DNA of 64,000 nt, taken from the NCBI GenBank assembly GCA_003693705.1, contig RBZT01000620.1, forward strand, positions 1-64,000. The letters run 5' to 3'. A program made the translations under genes and the position numbers. Below are positions 60,374 through 64,000 of this stretch, piece by piece (position 1 is the stretch's first letter; every line of letters begins with the position of its first letter). Source of the stretch: Polymyxa betae A26-41 (Eukaryota; Protista; Endomyxa: Phytomyxea). Under the pieces are notes generated by a model. It was not told the origin of the DNA. It made no database searches and was given only the letters and a program-made list of their open reading frames with translations.

Positions 60374-61725
60374 TCATGATGTAGATAGTGATGTCTTAAC
60401 CAGATCATAGACAGTAAAGCTGAGTCCAGTAGCAATTGGTCCTTTGATCCAGTTCATAGATAGACCTTTATATAAACCTCGTATTAATCCCTCAGTACGA
60501 TAGATCTCTAATGCCAATGATAATATTGATTGATTTGAACTCGACATCACCTAACATCCGATATATTAACATGATGATAACGTAGGAAATGACATAATTA
60601 ACCTGCATACGTCTACGAATAGTCTCTAATGGATATGAAGCAGATTGGGCCAATAAACCAGCACAAGCACCCATCAAGAATCTATCTGCAGGATGTAGAT
60701 CATGAACCCGTCCTTGAAACAATCTAGACTTCAATGTTTCGAATGTCCAGAAACTAATACCTGCATATGGAACTATACCCTAATTATAACATATTACACA
60801 TTGATAAACATTGATAGAAATGAATAAATGAACATACAAGTAGAGTTGGTAACATTCCTCTATACAGACCCAATATACCACGATCAGTAATGATCTTAGC
60901 TGTGATCTTCTTCAAATGGCCCAGACGACGAACTGGGTGATGCTGGTCCACAGCCATACGTGTTCGTAACAGATCTGAACAGAGATATATGGAAATATTA
61001 TTAGAGAATGGGACTATGATTATATACCTAATGGGTAAGTAGCAATAACAGAAGTAGCACCAGCAGCAGATCCTGATATAAACCTTTCTATACCAGATAT
61101 ATCTCCATTTATATCTCCTCCATATAATTCTATCCATAACTACACATATTCAATATCCATTTCTATCCAATGTCAGAATACAACTCGGAGCTCTTACTCG
61201 TTGAAAACGCTCGAAAGATGAATACCTACGTGATTGAATCAGCAATTAGAAGTGAAGCTGTGTTGGTAAAAGTCCTACTGAATAGCAGCATATGGTATAA
61301 TACGAAGTAAGGTAGCTATATTGCCTTTCCAAAGACCCAATATACCTTCACTTTGAATAATTCTACTAGCTGATCTATATGCAGCTATAAAGCTGAATCT
61401 CTCCAAGTTTGATACCTTTTCTAAAGATTCAGAGGAAGCATAGAGAGTCATGATATTAAAAAGAACGAAGAATGCCTGTTAGAAACTGTAATAATGATTG
61501 AATAAAGATATGCAAATATATGGTATCTATTGCGATAGTAAATAGAATGAGACTAATAGATAAATGCAGAAATATGTTTGATTGTGAATATAAACGAACC
61601 TGATATAATATCTTTACTCTATCAAGTGGTGCTACAGTTGTCTTAGCAATAGCACCAGCTATACCACCAGCTACAAATGATCTCATTCCAGATCCATGAT
61701 CTTTATGGTTGGATTCACCTCCCAT
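60374..61725 (-). CDS. Mitochondrial carrier, CoA-transporter type (SLC25A42/SLC25A16/Leu5-like)
   Basis: [81 protein letters not shown]. Confidence 0.88.
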
Positions 61726-61812
61726 TACCAACACCAATAATTAGATCAATGAGTAGATTAACCAATATCTATAATACACAAGAACGAGATGGCATGTATA
61801 ACAAGATCAGCG

Positions 61813-61843
<31 letters not shown>

Positions 61844-61906
61844 GCTTTACCTGCGCATTCCGATCTATTCGTTGAATAATCGTCATAAAACCCATCAAAT
61901 CGAAAT

Positions 61907-62655
61907 ATGATACAGGACCTACAGTTGAGTCTGGAACTAGAATCGATCACACAAGTCCAGTTCGATGCCGATTATCTCTGGCACGTACTGGCCCAGTGCA
62001 GCAACTGCCAGGAGAAGATTGAGGATCTGTACTGTCGGGTATCGGTATGATATGTTCTCCATTAACTTTATTGTTTTGGCGCTCACCTTTAGTACGTTTT
62101 CAAGATTTTTTTTTTACATTTTTGGACTTACAGTAAGGCCATTGGTACAATTCAGTTAGAAACTGACCAATTAACATCCCAACTTTTTTTTATGGAATCG
62201 TCAGCAAACTGTCATGAATTATCGTCTCATGTTTCATATCGGTTAACAGATATTCATGTCAGGAAGTTCAACCCATTCCGAATAGTCGTGGTGAAGCAAA
62301 TTGTGTAGTCAAATGTAAATTGTGTGAACGTCATGCTTATATAAAGATTCGGTCTAGCTCCGACCCGATTATTTACACATCAGAACAATCAGGTTGTGTT
62401 ATTTGTACTTGATCTTATCGTATTTTTTCTAATCTGATCTCAGGGAACTATGTGACAGTAGCATCATTTGATTGTCGTGGAGTGATATTAACACGTTGGA
62501 TACCTGAATCTAATCAGCTATCAGCTCAGGGGGTATCTTCTAACGCTGTCTATCACAATCTCGACCTGAACGACGAATTTTTCGAGTACGACGAAGGTGC
62601 TGGAGTCCCAGTATCTATCACTGAAATACGACACCAATTTGTTCCAGGTAAATAA
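61907..62655 (+). CDS. CZIB: CXXC zinc-binding protein CZIB / DUF866 (UPF0587)
   Basis: LQLSLELESIT...CSNCQE, SRGEANCVVKCKLCER, ASFDCRG, EFFEYDEGAGVPVSITE; 2 introns. Confidence 0.85.
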
Positions 62656-62712
62656 TAAACAGGCATTGAATGTGCTCAAGGGGTTGTTAGGGCGTTAATA
62701 ATCATCTGTGTA

Positions 62713-64000
<1,288 letters not shown>

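Noticed and set aside
62140-62245. Intronic SANCHEL sequence resembling a duplicate of CZIB exon 1 (CSNCQE)
   Set aside because: Similarity is too short, with no start codon or open frame; likely chance.

Overview
Compact, intron-rich eukaryotic (protist) genomic DNA, not prokaryotic. Genes have many short (~45-60 nt) GT-AG introns plus a few GC-AG introns. I manually spliced about 27 protein genes and found one tRNA-Gln(CTG). Recognisable housekeeping genes: UEV1/MMS2, LipB, DDX41, TOP2, centrin, mitochondrial EF-Tu, a SEP-UBX p97 cofactor, LRRC51, enolase, TTC38, a mitochondrial CoA-type carrier, CZIB/DUF866 and a partial NDR kinase. The flagellar genes, 7TM-RGS, EWGWC-type enolase, chitinase-like protein and tiny introns suggest a flagellated rhizarian such as a plasmodiophorid. 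That taxonomic call is inference only. The most unusual elements are: (1) a myosin whose tail is a PTEN phosphatase + C2 module with the catalytic Cys replaced by Ser; (2) two paralogous secreted VWD/C8-like mucin-type proteins, one with an S/T/P tail and one with an Asn/Gly tail; (3) a GPI-anchored tandem GH19-like protein lacking the catalytic Glu; (4) an extensin-like membrane protein and a tandem-HTH orphan in the same surface-protein-rich neighbourhood; (5) three tandem ELAV/Sxl-like RRM paralogues, one carrying a UVR domain. Degenerate transposon remnants (hAT-like, LTR-like, LINE-like) and one N-gap inside a tandem repeat are also present. Multi-exon coordinates are start-to-stop spans from manual splicing.
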